Notes: generated from the letters alone by a model not told the origin. A stretch of 64,000 bases of DNA from Ramazzottius varieornatus (GCA_001949185.1 BDGG01000001.1:7576149-7640148), one strand, 5' to 3'. Numbered from the stretch's first letter, positions 47,267 to 61,673 are shown. Translations and numbers: made by a program.

Positions 47267-49972
47267 ATGAAACGCCGAGAACGAGTCAACATCACTCCAG
47301 TTATGCCAGTTATCCTTCCTCGACCAGAGTCGGCCACCACGTCTTCCTCTGCCTCACTCGGGCCTTACTTCACCGATATTGAAGGCAACATTCATTTTGC
47401 CGGATCAAGTAAGACCATGGATGAATCCATACCCACCCACGTTACCGTAGAAGCTTCCGCGAAATCTTCACAAAAGATCATCTTGCCCAAGTTACCCGCT
47501 GGTGTCAAGCCACCTTCCAAGATCATCGTCATCAACAACAGCAACCGCGACGCTGGACCACCCAAAGTCCACGTTATCAACACATCGAAAGCTGGTTCAC
47601 AAGCGTATGATGAAGAGTCGCGGAAACGGAGGGTGATGACGGGAGAGCTGCACATGCCCAAGAATATCCTACCCAAGCCTGAACCGTTGATGCTAAAGAA
47701 GAAGCCTGTTGTGTTCGCTCGACCTGGGGGAACGGTGTCCGTACCCAAAATTGCCATTGCGAAGCTGCCAGTTTCCGGCAATATGCAGCAGAAGCGTGGT
47801 TACATCCATAACGTTGTCGAAGAAACGGCTTCGGATGGATTCGAAATCTACTCGGAAGACAATCTCGGTTCAACGTTCGCCTTCAACCTCCAGATGCAGC
47901 CCCTGTCTATAAGCGACTTTGAGGTACGTTCCTACATATACTCATCAACTTTCTGTGTGCAATTGAGCGAGGAAATCGTGAGATGGTTCCCACATCCGTT
48001 GCGAACAAAAAAGCTCAAGTCAGTTGATTTTGCGTTTAACGCTTCCGCCTGCGCATGACATCATCGTCTCATGTGTTTGATATGGCTAGACTGCAGGTGT
48101 ATTCCCGAAAGACTGTGAAGGCACGCGCAAACCGTTTCGGGCAGGTGTACTTTTCGGATTTTGATTATACCATCGAGCTTGTCACGCGCATCGCTTATTG
48201 TAATGTCTAGCCGTGCGGTACTTTTTCGTGAGCTTTGAAATTTGGATTTTACAGGGTAATCCGGTCACGCTGCCGCGTGCCATTCGACCCAAGCCTCCAC
48301 CACGTATCCAGCTCGCCGACGGTTCCGTTCTCCCCGCTATCTACCCGAAAGAACCGGCCCATGCTCTCTCTGTCTTCCCAGATGACGTTCGTCGAATGTT
48401 CTCCCTCGTTCCGAGCCAACCACCGGACCCTGACGACTTCCGACCGCCGAAACGTAGACGAGGCAAGAAAGGCAGCAAAGCCGAGAAGGCTCTCGTCCCC
48501 AAAGGCCGCACTGGCCGACCTACTCGTTTGAGAAAATCAGCGGCTCAGCTGCTGGAAGAACTCAACTCAGACAGTTTAGCCTTGTCTTCGGACGGGGTGA
48601 ATGTAAAGTGTCGTCCGTGTAATGTCCTCTTAACGAAAGACGGCACAGGATACTCGAGACAGCTCATGAGGCATCTGCAGCAAATCAAGTCACATAGATC
48701 CAATTATGAACAGTGGAAGTTCCGTCAAGAAGTCCACGCGGAACCATCCTTTTCCTCCTCTGAGGAGTCGCTTACAAGAAATCCGCTGACTCCAGAAGGT
48801 CCTCGATCCAGAGGTAAGCTTTGGAGGCGAAAACTGCACTTGAAAACTACAGGGGACGCATATGCTATCGTAGCGTTACAAAGTTGCGCTAGTGTAACGG
48901 GGTATTGTGGTTCTGTTACCTAAATTTACGCGCGTATGAGTACACGCACGATGGGTAAGTATGGGACAGGCGGAAAGGACGGCAAATTTACATCCTGAAT
49001 GGGAGCCAGCAATGAAAATCGAGCCTACGACATAACGCAGTGAAATTTAACCGTAGAAAATTGTCATGGACAGTGCCCATTAGCCGATCAGCTGTTTGAT
49101 TTTTGCGCTTCGAGGCTGAGGATTGTTCATTTGTTTTCCATTCAAAAACGCTCTCGAATTTTTAACCGTTCTTCCGTAATGTCCCAACCTCTTCAAGATC
49201 AATCGACCTCGACAGTACGCCGAAAAAGCCTTGAAGGACGCGCTATCTGCTATTCAGCACGTACGTACAGCAAAGCAGCTTTCAGTGTTGGTTTTTACTT
49301 CTAGCAAGAATCACCTGCCCGTGCCGCCGTAGCGAAAAGACCTGTCCCATACTTTTTACTGTCCCATACTCACCCATCGTGCGTGTACGGTAAAAGAAGC
49401 GTTAGGCTGCGCCACTTAGCTTCGTCATTTATTCGCGCATAGCCGGGCTAAAACAGCGGTTGAAATGCGCCACTTATGTTACCCGGTCTCACTCGCGCAT
49501 GGCTACAGTGAAAGTCGGATCGTTGCGTCAGAGAATGCTCTCTAATCTCGAATGTGGCTACAAATTTTGACGTTTTCCAGGAAGGCACAGAAGGACGCCA
49601 CTGTCTTTCGTGACGGAGTTCAACAGTCCGTGGCTGGAAATTACAGGTGACGGTGAGACGCTCTTCTGTAAAGCGTGCGATCTAGTCTTGGTCGGAGGAG
49701 GCCATAACATGCGCAGATCAGAGATCTACCGACACCTCTCGCGGGACGAGTCGCACCACCAGAAGGTCGGACTGTACGAAATCCTTCACGGAACCGTTGA
49801 AGGGGTTTCGGTGACTGAACAGAATACCGTCGACCTTATGGACGAAGTCATGAAGATGGCACCGGACGGGGCGGGAGACGACCATGAAGCTTTCTTGCAA
49901 GCCGAAGTGTCGCACGACAGTGAGATGGAAGAACCGGCCACCGAGGAAACCGAAGAAGAAGACGACGAGTAG
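47267..49972 (+). CDS. Pro/Lys-rich protein with two Cx2C...Hx6H zinc fingers and an acidic tail (exons ~47267-47923, 48255-48812, 49581-49972)
   Basis: CRPCNVLL...LMRHLQQIKSH and CKACDLVL...IYRHLSRDESH; NLS-like PPKRRRGKK; GT-AG junctions. Confidence 0.65.
48943..49385. mobile_element. Intronic MITE with TA target duplication
   Basis: TA|CACGCACGATGGGTAAGTATGGGACAG...CTGTCCCATACTCACCCATCGTGCGTG|TA. Confidence 0.85.
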
Positions 49973-50410
49973 TTTCCCATGTCGGTTTGTTTACTGTACA
50001 CTCTTGGTAACCAACTTCACGGGTTTTCAGCTTTACTATAGATAGGTCATAACTGTTGCATCAGACTTGGATCACAAAATCAACCCGCATATTTTTTTCG
50101 TCTCGTAAGGAAACTGTTAGTGTTACCGCTGTTTGACTTCTCTGAGGTTCTTCCTTTTGTCGTTTCGCCTAGATCATCTTGAAAAGTGAGAGGCAGTGAG
50201 ATTCAGTAAACCGAACCCAAGATCTAGTAGAGTGATGAAAACTGAACGTAGTACATTCGTGTTGGTTGATGGTCTAATGATGGAAAAAACATGGATTCAC
50301 GCAAGGCATGAAGTACTCTAAAATCTTGTCGGAATTGGAAAAGAAAAGCAGTTTGTTATGCCTCGAGTTTCTGGTAGTTTATTATAACTTCACGCTATGA
50401 GTCTAAATTC

Positions 50411-52023
50411 TCAGCCTTCGGTGGATAGCTGCGTCGCCAGCGAGCTTCGTTCCTCCGTGGTATTCTCCGTGTGATCTTCTACCAGCTTATTATGAACTGC
50501 AAAATCAAAGTTTGTCAAAGAAGCAAATGTTCCAACTACGGTTAGCTGTGTGAAGGTTTACTAAATGGAATTACCATGGACAAGGCCTTTAAAATATTTG
50601 ACAGTCTTGACTTTGAGCTCCAGCGTGGCATCTTCATCACAGACGAACATGGCGCGTGGGTGCATCTGGAATGCTGAGACGGTCCACATGTGGTTGACAC
50701 CCTCTTCGATGGCTTTGTATAGAGCGAAGGCCTTGTGAGATCCCGTTATCACAATCATTACCTGAAAGAATCATCACCTCGTTCATTTCCAAGCAGGAAA
50801 CAATCGGAATCAGATCATCAGCTGACAGGCGAAACAAAAGTAAGTACTATCGGCTAATGTTCTCACCTCTCGAGCATCCATTACGGTACCTAAGAGCAAT
50901 TAAAAAACAGTAAATTAATCTTTACTCATACTTTGTATATTAGTAATACAGTGGCGGAAGAAATCAACGTACCAACGCCAACGGTCAAGGCCATGTGAGG
51001 TACTTGAGAGACGTCATTGTTGAAAAACCTGGCGTTCGCGTCGATGGTTTCTTTCGCCAACGTCTTCACGCGCGTCCTTGAAACCAGGCTTGATCCAGGC
51101 TCGTTGAACGCTACAACAGCAAACCATAACCGAAAGGCTACCCAAAACTACCATGGGCGATCTTGTACGGACTATTATAATTAGGAAAACAATACAATGC
51201 ACGCGGTAAATCGGATCACTCACGATATGCAAGGCTAATAATTCTATTACACAAACAGGCTTGATGCAGCAACGTGGCAATCTATTCGATTTTCTCACGC
51301 ACAGACAAACTACCCTGGAGAGAATCCAACCTCTCGCAGAGCAGGACAAGCAACCTGAGAATTAAGGCTCACCAATATGGCCATCAGGACCTATTCCTCC
51401 AATGAAGAGCTCGATTCCTCCAGCCGCCTTTATCGCGTTCTCAAACTGGTCACACTCCTTCACCAAATCTTTTGCGTTACCTAAGAACAGACCCTTCGAT
51501 CATATTTTCCTTTCCCACATAATCTAGCAAGCTCAGGCAAGGAAATCAGCAACCTACCGTCTAGCAAGTGAGCGTTCTTAGGGTCGATATCGATGTGCTT
51601 GAAGAAGTTATTCCACATGAAGGAATGGTATGATTCAGGGTGATTCCTGGCCAAGCCTGCAAGCGATCACAAATAATATCACGAACAACCTCTCATCTGA
51701 GATGCTTGATGGAATAGGAACGAGGAGAATCTCACCTACATACTCATCCATGTTGAACGTCTTCACGTATTTGAAGGACAACGTTCCTGCTCGATGGAAT
51801 TCCACCAGCTTCTTGTACATGCCCAGTGGAGTGCTACCTGCAAAAGAGCATCGCGACATCAAGGATCATCGTGCAAAGCCATAGCAGTAGCAGACATACC
51901 TGTAGGTAATCCTAGCGTAAAGACCCTTTCCGCGCTGGTTTTGTAGTCTAGGATGCGCCGTCTGACATATCTGGCTGCCCATTCCGACACTGCATCGTAA
52001 TCATCTACAATAACCAAACGCAT
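50411..52023 (-). CDS. GNPDA1: Glucosamine-6-phosphate deaminase (8 exons, one of 23 nt)
   Basis: [66 protein letters not shown]. Confidence 0.96.
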
Positions 52024-52749
52024 CGTTATACTCAACCTTGAGCAGTGATTCCAACCTGTCCAGTCAGAAGTCAGAACTGGAAGAAATGTCACGAAATTGT
52101 CGTTGAGCTATCCACGTCAATCATGGGATCGAGCTGCTGAATATGGCCCTGCTTGTGCTTGGCGTTGACGGGAAATTGGGAATTGGACATACATGATGAG
52201 CTGCTAAAGGGGGCCTTGCCGGAACGTCAAACACACTGATCGAGAGATTGATTGATTACGTTCCGCTAACAAATACGTAGGACCGATATGGTGTACGTCA
52301 TACGTTGATGATATGCAGTACATAATGCGATGTAATCTACTAACGAAACTCAAGATGAGCTCTTCATTCAATCAAGGAATCCGAGCAACAGAAGAAAACA
52401 GTCTCGCCAAACACAAGCAACTCGAGCAACTTCGAACCCGAAGAACCTCCAACCCGAAGACCTCTTTCCCCGAAGAACGCTTTCCACGACAGAAATCTTG
52501 TGAGAAGCCCCTAATTAATGCACCGCCAGAACCCTCCACCGATTGCTTTATCAAACCCCTAACAAAAATGCCCAGCAGATACTTTGGCAAAGAAAACCGT
52601 GACAAACTAATGAACCAAAGGCCGAGAACTAATCGGCTAAAGCGAAAAATTAATTATTTGGAAGAAAAGCCGGCGAAGAGCGAACAAAGGCGATCAGATA
52701 AAGATGCAGAGAAGCGAATCATATCAAAATCATTCAGTTATCAACCCGA

Positions 52750-54030
52750 TATTTCTTTACCGCTGTCATGATGTCGATGTTTCGAGCGACCAGCTTCAGA
52801 TAGTCTTCGGTCAGGCGGGGGCACGGACACACGACTCACAAAATGTCGACCAATTTCTCTGAGTACTTCACATGGTCTTGTCCCTCGGCGGTAAGGAACT
52901 CCCAACACGAGGTGCCTCCACACGAGCCTTGATGAACTTCAGTGCCTTTGAAAGTTCATCAAGAAACTTGTAGATTCCCGGGTGTGCGCAGTCCACCCGA
53001 TTTCCGAAAGCACCACGCCAGGCTTCAGCGTTGTTAGAGGTTCTCCACACCCCTTCCAGCGTACGTCCGTACACTCCCCACAAGTCAGGAGGATACATTG
53101 CTGGAACTTCGCTCCCGTTTGGGTCTATGTAGCCGATCCAAGTCTCGCTGAAGTACTTCACAAATCAAAAGCACACGATAATTACTCTGACTTATTCGGA
53201 TCAAAAGTAATCCCAAACAAAGCAGATTTCCCACTTTTCCAAAATCAGATTCTGGTGTGGCAGCGAAACTTCCCATATGCAATGACGTTTGCCAGGCATC
53301 TCGGATGCTCTTCCTTGGACAGTAAGCCAAACTCAGCACCAAGTTCATGGTCGTTCAGGTACCGTTCAGTCAGGTCATGTCCCTGGACATGTCTCCAGAC
53401 TGCTTACCAGAATTGAAAGCAACAGCCTGAAAGATTACGGGCACCAAACTAGCGGAAGCGGCAAATGTTTTAAATAATATACCTATTTTCCTCTAGCGGT
53501 TGCAAAATCTGACGAAACTTTTACCCTGAATACGGGCGTGCGGAAAAATCTTGCCGGTGGTGTTGATGACCGCTCGCTCATAATCGACCACAATGTTTTC
53601 CGGCTTTGGTCCTTCGTCCAAGTCAAGTTGGAATGGCATGGCCTCCAGGTTCGTCGCGAATCCCTCGCAAAGCCTCTCTTAGGTGGCGCTGCTCTTGTTT
53701 GGCAACAGGGCAAACAACACCGGAAATACACCGTCGAAGTGGTCCACATGGATAGTATACAATTGATGGAATAATTTGGGAATGATCTGGAATGTCCCGT
53801 CCATAATCAACGTGTCAGCCGACCGCAGGTACTAAAAATCCTCCTCCTTCAATACGATAATGCGTTGTGGATCAACCCTTCCGGTATCCACCAAAGGCTT
53901 TCCCTCCCAAGGTCGTATTTTCGAGATACGTCTTCAGATCAGTATATTCTGCCTTCTCCAGCACTGGCATCTGCACCTGTCGTTGGCGACATGCCATTCG
54001 CGTTAGGTTATGGGCGGACGGAAGATGACC
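52750..54030 (-). pseudogene. MULE/Mutator transposase relic
   Basis: LIMDGTFQIIP..FHQLYTIH, FPVLFALLPNKS, IVVDYERAVIN, YFSETWIG, RTSNNAEAW, HPGIYKFLDEL; in-frame stops. Confidence 0.88.
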
Positions 54031-54129
54031 AGCTACTTTGATCGGGATGTTCTGAATGAGATCACCGGGGAGCCGAACGGCAGCTTTCGCATCCTCTGCT
54101 TCTTTGAAGAGCGTCTTTGATTTTTCCCC

Positions 54130-54375
54130 AGTGTTACCACTGGGGAAAAATCAAAGACGCTCTTCACGAAAACTTCAAAGAACCTCCATTCACGCCAACA
54201 GCCGACCAGGTCAAGAAGAGTTGGGAAAATGAGATGGCAAGTCACCGGAAGGAGAAACGAGGGAAAACTCTGTCTGGTGCCACCCCGCCGAAACAGAAAT
54301 TCTTCAACGATTTCGAGCGCGTCTACCACCAACGCAAGGACCTGAACCTAGACAACACCTTCAGTACCCAAGGTA
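54130..54375 (+). pseudogene. Myb/SANT-like (trihelix) DNA-binding ORF of a Harbinger element
   Basis: WGKIKDALHE...TADQVKKSWEN...KFFNDFERV; converges on the Harbinger transposase relic. Confidence 0.6.
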
Positions 54376-54445
54376 ATTTATTGTACCGACGCTTGTCCTT
54401 ACATAGCGATCCCGATGACAACATCAACATCATCAGAGAATAGTT

Positions 54446-54546
54446 GGGCTTTCGCAACTGACTTGACAATGATTGTTTTCCCAAGTGGCGCATACCTTCA
54501 GCCATCAACAGCGAACATGTGCGCCACTTCTAATGACCGCCTTGTT
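54446..54546. repeat. GGCGCAC palindrome family copy within the Harbinger relic
   Basis: AAGTGGCGCAT...GTGCGCCACTT. Confidence 0.75.
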
Positions 54547-54904
54547 CAATTTATTTCACGGCATCTCTTTTGAAAGAGAAAAACACGCATATAAATTAAT
54601 GATAAGTATTTTGAAAGGTCCAGCAATGGAAGCAATTATTCCGTCCACGATGAAACGAGTTCAAGAACTGCACTGTCATGAAATCTGCCGGGAACCCCTA
54701 TACAGACGTCCAATATTTCGCGATGCGGCGAGCAGAGAGCCTGCAGAAAATATTTCACCATAACGTTTTCTGAAAAAGCTCGAACAACCGTACAAATTTG
54801 AAAACTCGATAAAACTGAAAAACTTTCATGTTTAGAAATTTTTAGTCCATGGTATTCTGATTTTTTTCTGTCGTATTATGAGGAATTATTAATCATTGTA
54901 AAAT

Positions 54905-55608
54905 CACAGGTACCTGCAAGTGCACGCTGTAATCCCCGTAGTGATCGTAGAAAGGCAGGGATGATTTTTACGGAGGTTCCACTTCGATATGCGAGCCATC
55001 AAGTGCGCCAAGAATGTAAGGAACCCATCTGGCACCTTTGCTTCTGAACTTCCGGTCGAAGTGATCCGCGTACCCATTCGCTTGCTCCACGCCTGGCATT
55101 TTGATGTAGTCGCTGTACTGAATATTCACTGCATTCAAGAACACAAGGAAATACTGGAGTACCGCTGATCGTCCCAAGCCAAATAAATTCGACATAGTAG
55201 TCAGACTGCATGACCGTTGTGACCCACTAGCTAAGTTTTATTAGGCGTGAAAATTTCCATGCCAGTTGGTAAGTGTTCTTCGGATGCATTGGGAAGCACA
55301 AGAGGTACCAGGTCCGTCACAAGCTTGGCGAACAGCTCGCGACCCACTCGAAAGCTTTCTTTGAACTGGGTGTTCGGGTATTCCAGTACTTCGGTCAGCG
55401 AAGACAGACGCAGCTGGCGACAGATTTCTGTTCTGTTTGTTCTGGATATAAACTCCATAACAAGATTTCCTGTTTCGTTTTCCGCCTCCATTTCCTCATA
55501 CAACAACATCGCGACTTGATGTGGGGCTTTGGATGCGGTGGATGCCACGAACTGCATTTGTTGTTGATGGAAATTCTTCAGCAGTAATTTCAGTTTTTCT
55601 GAATCCAT
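54905..55608 (-). pseudogene. PIF/Harbinger (HARBI1-like) transposase relic
   Basis: FKESFRVGRELFAKLV, SNLFGLGRS, ILGALDGSHIEV, FYDHYGDYSVHLQ; stops and truncation. Confidence 0.82.
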
Positions 55609-58600
55609 CTCCGAAGCAAACAGTTCGACAAAAGCTTGAAAATTGTAGTTACAAGAAGCAAAACGTTAACACTCGAAAGATTGATTTCAGTTTGTATGGA
55701 AGATTCAATGGGCAAAGTAGGGTGCATGCCCACCTTTGGTCGTTGAGCATTGCAAGGATACTTCGAAAGAAAGTAAAGAGAAGTGCGCATGTTTAGCTGT
55801 CTCTCTACCCTTTGTCAAAGTTTACTTTCAATAAAAGGATGGCACGTAAAGAGTCGCCCTTACACTTTGTCTCACTCCGGTTTTATGACCCAAAGTGTGT
55901 CACCTAAACAATACTTTCACTGGGCCAGTGAAGTAAAGGGTGGCAGCTAAAAGACTAGCGTGAGACTAGTGTAAAGTATTATTAGGACCACAATGCGATG
56001 GGAAAGCTCGAATGGAAACTGTACTGCGAGACTCACAACTTGTGTGTTGGCACCGCACGCCCCGATTCGAACGGTACAACGGTCTGCTGTACAAAATTAC
56101 CCAGCAGGCGGCGCATCGCTTCACTTCCGCGGTCGATTTATTCAGGAAAAGTAATCGTGAATACAATAACGGCAAATTCCGATTGTAATTGACCATTTCA
56201 TACGTTTTAGGGAAGATTGGTCATCGGAGGCGAGGTTATTAGGGTTCGTGATTGTACTGTAAGAAGCGGAAGTTCTTCGGGGCCAAATTTCTTCGCGAAA
56301 AAGGACATATTTTAGGGGCACGTGTTGTTCGGGTTCGAAGTAGTTAGGAGAAAGAGTTCTTCGGTCCGAGGCTCTTCGGAGCAACGTTTAGGATGAGTTG
56401 GAGTTAAGCTATGACGTACCCCGCCGATACAGGGATAGTAGACGGAATAACCCAAGGGACTCTGAATCGCATACTCATAAGGAGATGCTCGAGCGGCTAA
56501 CAGCAAGATCCTGTTCTTAGTAACATTGCCTGACTTTCTCTGACGTTCTTGGGTATTTTTCTTAGGCTAATTTCCTCTACTGGTAAGCTCCCTAAGCCTA
56601 CGGAAACGTAGGGTGTAGTGATGTCGTAATTCGACCCAGCTTAACTCGACTCTACTTGACACGGCTAGTCCTTATCCATAAGTTCGATCATTATCTGGGA
56701 CAACATATCTCCAATTTCTTATGGCTACATGAAGCTCACGTAGCAAAGTATGAAGTCATAATCCGTCATTCGTAATCCAAAAGCCACAGAATTTCACACC
56801 TGCAGCCAGTGTAAGAACGGGTCGGCGGTCTACCGCAGCAATACGTTTTTGTGGCCTCTTCTGGGTCACACTTTTCCTTTGTAGTACAACATGCTTGCAT
56901 CTGGTATACCACAGGAGTCATGCTCGATTTCTTCCAGAAAAAGCAATTTCCAGAGAAAGAATTTTTCTCCAGAGAAATTTGATGGTCAATAAATAATCAA
57001 AGCCGTTTGATTAGTGCGGTTAGTCGTTTACAAAACGACTAGTCGTTTTGCACAAGTACAACGACAAACCGAGTCGCTTTCTTGTCGACTAAAGTCGCGA
57101 CTAGTGATTTAAGTTAACAACTCGAACTCTGACACAGTGCTGTTCCGATTATTGTAATTCGTAATTGAAAATGGCCAAATTTGACGGTCTTGGAATTCCA
57201 ATATAACAATTCAAATTGCAAATTCTGGGCTGGTCATTTCGATTTTAATCGGAATTGAATCGGAATTCCAAGAACGAGAAGATATTTTAATGTACAAATG
57301 AAATCCAAGATGTTGGTAATTCGAATAATAACTGACACCAAAGAAGCACGCGAAATGCACGTGGATATATCACTTTCTCGCCTTGTGAAGCACAGTCAGT
57401 GCTTGATTGAGTGACTAACGGTGCGCTGGTGCACGTACACAGCAGAATCAAAAATTCAGAATGCGTAAAAAGTGATTCGCGAAGCTGCAATTTCGTTTGT
57501 ATGACGTATACGACGGGCCTTGTTAGGGTTCTGTTTCTCCAGTGGGGTTCAAGTTTACGCCTATGCGACGCACCTTGGCTCCTTCATGGAGCATAACAGT
57601 CCGTATTGACGACAGCCATCCGTACTGGATACCTTGGGAACGACGTATTCTCTGCGAAATACCAAAAGGTCAGTCTAAACGTTTACCCATCCGACGCGTG
57701 GTACCGAACAAAATGCAAATGTTTTATGAAAACCCAAATTACGAAACACCATCCCAATAATTCGAATAATTTCAATTGTTATCGGAACTTGAACTTGAAT
57801 TTGAATTAATCGTAATTGATGATATAGGCAGGACGAGGTACCTGCATCGAATCTTACAAAATCCAATTCGGATTACATTCAGCTTTACATTCTGATGTTG
57901 AGAATACATCGCTTAATGTGAAAGTACAATTGTGGTAGAATTTCGAATGCGGGCAGTTGGTCTGAAAGACTGCAGCGGTTATCCTGCGCCTTCGTTCAAA
58001 CAACGAACTGCTTCGTGCATGGCATGTGGAAATAGCACGAGTCAGCGACCTCCATGCGTGCACGCCTTCTCAAACCGACCTTCGTCTTCTAGTCAACGGA
58101 GAAAATGATGTCCGCTGCGTTTGTACAGCCAATATTCTGTCAAAAGAACCAGAAGAGTACCTGGATAAAAGCCACCGGCTGCCAGCAAAATAAGAGATCC
58201 AACGGCTAATTGAAAGAAACCTGTGAAGCGCAGGTCAGCGATAAGTAAACCACGAAGCTCTTCGGGAACCTCGATCCCTCAACGGAAAACCGTTCACTTG
58301 ACTTCCCCTTGAGCGAGCTGGAATCACCAGCGCGATACCGCGAAGGAAGAAAAGGAATTCAACACAGGTAGCCTATATTGCATAAATAAAATAAGTAAAA
58401 CCAGGCCAGCTGGCGCGGGACCATGGGACGCCACGACAAAGCCTACCCGGACGTGTTCATTGACAAGAAAAGTTTTCCTACAACGTCTGGATGGTAAAGC
58501 TGAAACTCCAACTGAACTGCAACATCGTGGAAGTAAACGAGCCGTTGGAATAAGAGCAAAGAGATAATGAGGTAGTGGTACTGGCGCAACGTATTTCATA

Positions 58601-59193
58601 TGGCTCTCCGCTGGATTGACGGCCCTGAGAAGCCATTACGAGGGTATACTTCAACGAACAACGAGCTGTACTTTAACGAACAACGGAACAGGGACATGTT
58701 TATCCAATATCCATTTTAGACAGCTCGTGCAGCCTCGTTACCCAACTACTCTCAAGTACCGGTAGACTTGTAAGATCTTCACGTAATTTTAACAGCAAGA
58801 CCTTCCGGCGCTAAAGTCACGAGCTGGTCAAGTGTTAAGAAAATTATACAGGGATGTAACAACAGGCTAGCGGAATCTGGTAGTGTCAGTTTTGTTACCC
58901 GTGATACTTCCAGCTTTAGGGCCAAAATGCCCGCGGAAGAACGAACTGTCGTTGAACCCAGCTGGAAGCCTTTCCAACATCGGACTAGATTAGCGAAGGT
59001 ACCAGCGCAAATAAACAATGGACGTCAAACGGTCACGTTTCCTCGTTCGAATTTTCATCCTTGCTTTTTATTTCAGTAAAGCGTCCGCAGGAAACAACTC
59101 GCAGATCCAACCTCGGATTCTCATCTTTCCGTACGTCTAGCCTTGCTTCGCTGTGAACTGTTCATCGACGGCAATAAGAACTTTTTCTTACAG

Positions 59194-61413
59194 GGAAAAC
59201 TTATCTGGGCGAAATGGAAATGAGGTGGGATCCAATGACCGTCAACCAGTTTTCAGCAAGGAAGTCCCTGGGGTCGACACATCGTCTACAGCTTTGCCGG
59301 TTGAAAATACTACCAGTGGGTTCTCGATAGTTGAGCCAGATCACCCTACGCTGAATCTCTCACTGTCTGCCTTAATGAATGCTTCGGAGAAGGCCGAATT
59401 TAGAAATCTGACTACCTCCACTCAAGAAGAGGAATTGAGCCTGCCATGGTCGCCTTTCACATCCATTGCGAACAACGCTCGCCTTTCCAAAGGTACTACG
59501 ACGAAACCTTGGTATGCCCGTGTTGGTTGCAATTTGAGCTTCCAAGTGAAGGTTTGTCCTGTCATAGTATGTGGGACGACACCTTTATTATGGGAAAGAA
59601 TCGTAGGAGGGAGCGAAGCTCAAACTGGAGAGTTCCCTTGGATGGCGTCACTGCGGAAGCTCGAACAACCTAAGTCCGTTCACAAGTGCGGAGCCACATT
59701 GTTACATTCTCAATGGGTGATCACCGCGGCGCACTGCGCTTTCAGGTACAAGTTCATATTACACACCTTCTGTTTTTGCGTTCACGATTTCACGCACTGG
59801 TCGACCACGGCTTATAATTACGTAACGCGCTTGTTGACTTCACGCTCGACCTCGAGCTTAAAGAATTTACAGTAAATGTCTACTTAACGAATAATGAAGT
59901 TTTTGGGGAGGCCGGTAAACGAAAAGTACATTTTTATCTGAAGTGGCGCACTCTTCCAGTCACGAACACCGCAGCCGTGCGCCACTTGGAAAAACATCCT
60001 GCCTATTTTATTTGCGGCCTCCCTGAATGATAAGAATGGTCTTACCTCGTGAATGCGAGCACTTGACTCGTTGCAGGATACGGAAGCGCTTGATGGTCGT
60101 CCGTCTCGGTGGCTTCGATCTCGATAATCCAGATGCGTCCTTTCCGTCGGTGGATTCGCGGGTGGCCAAGATCTACATTCACCCGGAATTCAACGGTGTA
60201 ACGTTCGAGGGCGATCTGGCCTTGCTAAAGTTGGCTGATCCCGTGCCGCTGGCTCCACATATACTGCCGATCTGCTTGGCGCCGGTCCAGAACTACTACG
60301 GGACGTTCGCGACTGTGGCTGGCTGGGGAGTGACACAGACAGGTTAGAGAATGATGACTGAAAAGCTGCAAAGTTGGAAAGTCAAACTGCGAGTAAAATG
60401 CCGGCACATTTGAGCCTTTTGTACCGGCGGTAGAAGGACAAGTAGGCGACCAAGTTGTAGCTTTCGATCTACACTCTACAGCTGATACGCCCTGTGCGAG
60501 AGTTGCCTTGGTCCTTCTGACTTCTTCCACTGCCCGGCGATCAGTCTGAACCTAGCCAGCGGCAGAGCCGCAGCGGAAGCTCAGAACAGAACTCCGCCTG
60601 GTTTCAGATCAGATTAGGCTGATCGATTACGGAAATTTTACAGCGAAGGCTGAAAACCCACACAAATTTCCGGGGTCCACTGAGGAACTCGCGAGTGTAC
60701 TTCAGCGGTGCTGACAGGGTGCGGTCTGTGGTCGACCGAAAGCTGGAAAAGTGCCTGTTCAGTCGGTACATTCCTTTGCTAAAACGACCGATACATTCCG
60801 AAGTGTAGCAGATCATGTCATGATCAAACAAGAATGTGACTGTTTTTAATGTTTTTTGTGGCAGGCGGCAATGCCAGCTCCATTTTACGCAAAGTCCATC
60901 TGCCCCTTATCAACACGACGGAATGCGAGCACTGGCTAGACGTGGCTGGCCGTCATCAGGACGTCGAGCCAGACTTCATCTGTGCCGGCTATAAGCAAGG
61001 AGGACGGGACACATGCCAAGTATGAGTGTTCTCGAGACAAAATGCTCATTAATCATTCCCGTAATGTGGCACAATGATATAGAGCAGATCATCCTACAGC
61101 CGCTAAATCATCATTTAGAGATTAGCCGATGTCTTTAGCGGGTGAAATGATATCAGCCGTGGTCTTATCTTTTCAGGGTGATTCTGGTGGACCTATGATA
61201 CAGGAAATTGAAGGTCGGTGGAGCTTGATTGGAGTGGTCAGTTGGGGCATGGGATGCGCGAAGCCTAATTTACCAGGCTTCAGCGTCTTCGTACCAAAGT
61301 ACGCCGAGTGGATAAAAACGGCCACCAACGGCGACGTTTATCTTCCTGAATTTTATCAAAAGTCTTCCACCTCTTCGCACCGAGTTTCATCAAGACTCCC
61401 CTTTGCAAGATGA
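59194..61413 (+). CDS. Trypsin-like (S1A) serine protease with Ser/Thr-rich stem; 5' exons not resolved
   Basis: R|IVGG activation site; TAAHC, DLALL and GDSGGP catalytic triad; DTCQ (S1 Asp); VVSWGMGC. Confidence 0.92.
59905..60024. repeat. Intronic GGCGCAC palindrome family copy (protease intron)
   Basis: GGGAGGCCG...AAGTGGCGCAC-N25-GTGCGCCACTT...CGGCCTCCC. Confidence 0.8.
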
Positions 61414-61673
61414 AGTAAATGATTTAATTTCCCCAAAAATGCGCGAGAAAACAAGGAAGTTGCTGTGGATATTCTTTATGAAAACGATAGCTTTGTTCGC
61501 CAAAAAAACACATTTCGGCACGCCTGTTTGCCTCGACGGGCTCTAGGATTTTTCGCTCGGCGCCAAATAATGCCGAAAACGATTTTTTGCCCAGTTTGAA
61601 ACGAAAGCTTTGTCCGTGATGAAACATAAGATTGTGGGATAGATAGTATACGTTAAAAGCCAGTGCCAACCTT

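Noticed and set aside
52313-52771. 152-aa + strand ORF
   Set aside because: No domain or splice support; lies at the edge of the MULE relic
57000-57900. CGACTAGTCG- and GAATT-rich tracts
   Set aside because: Probably further MITE arms, but TIRs and TSDs could not be delimited confidently
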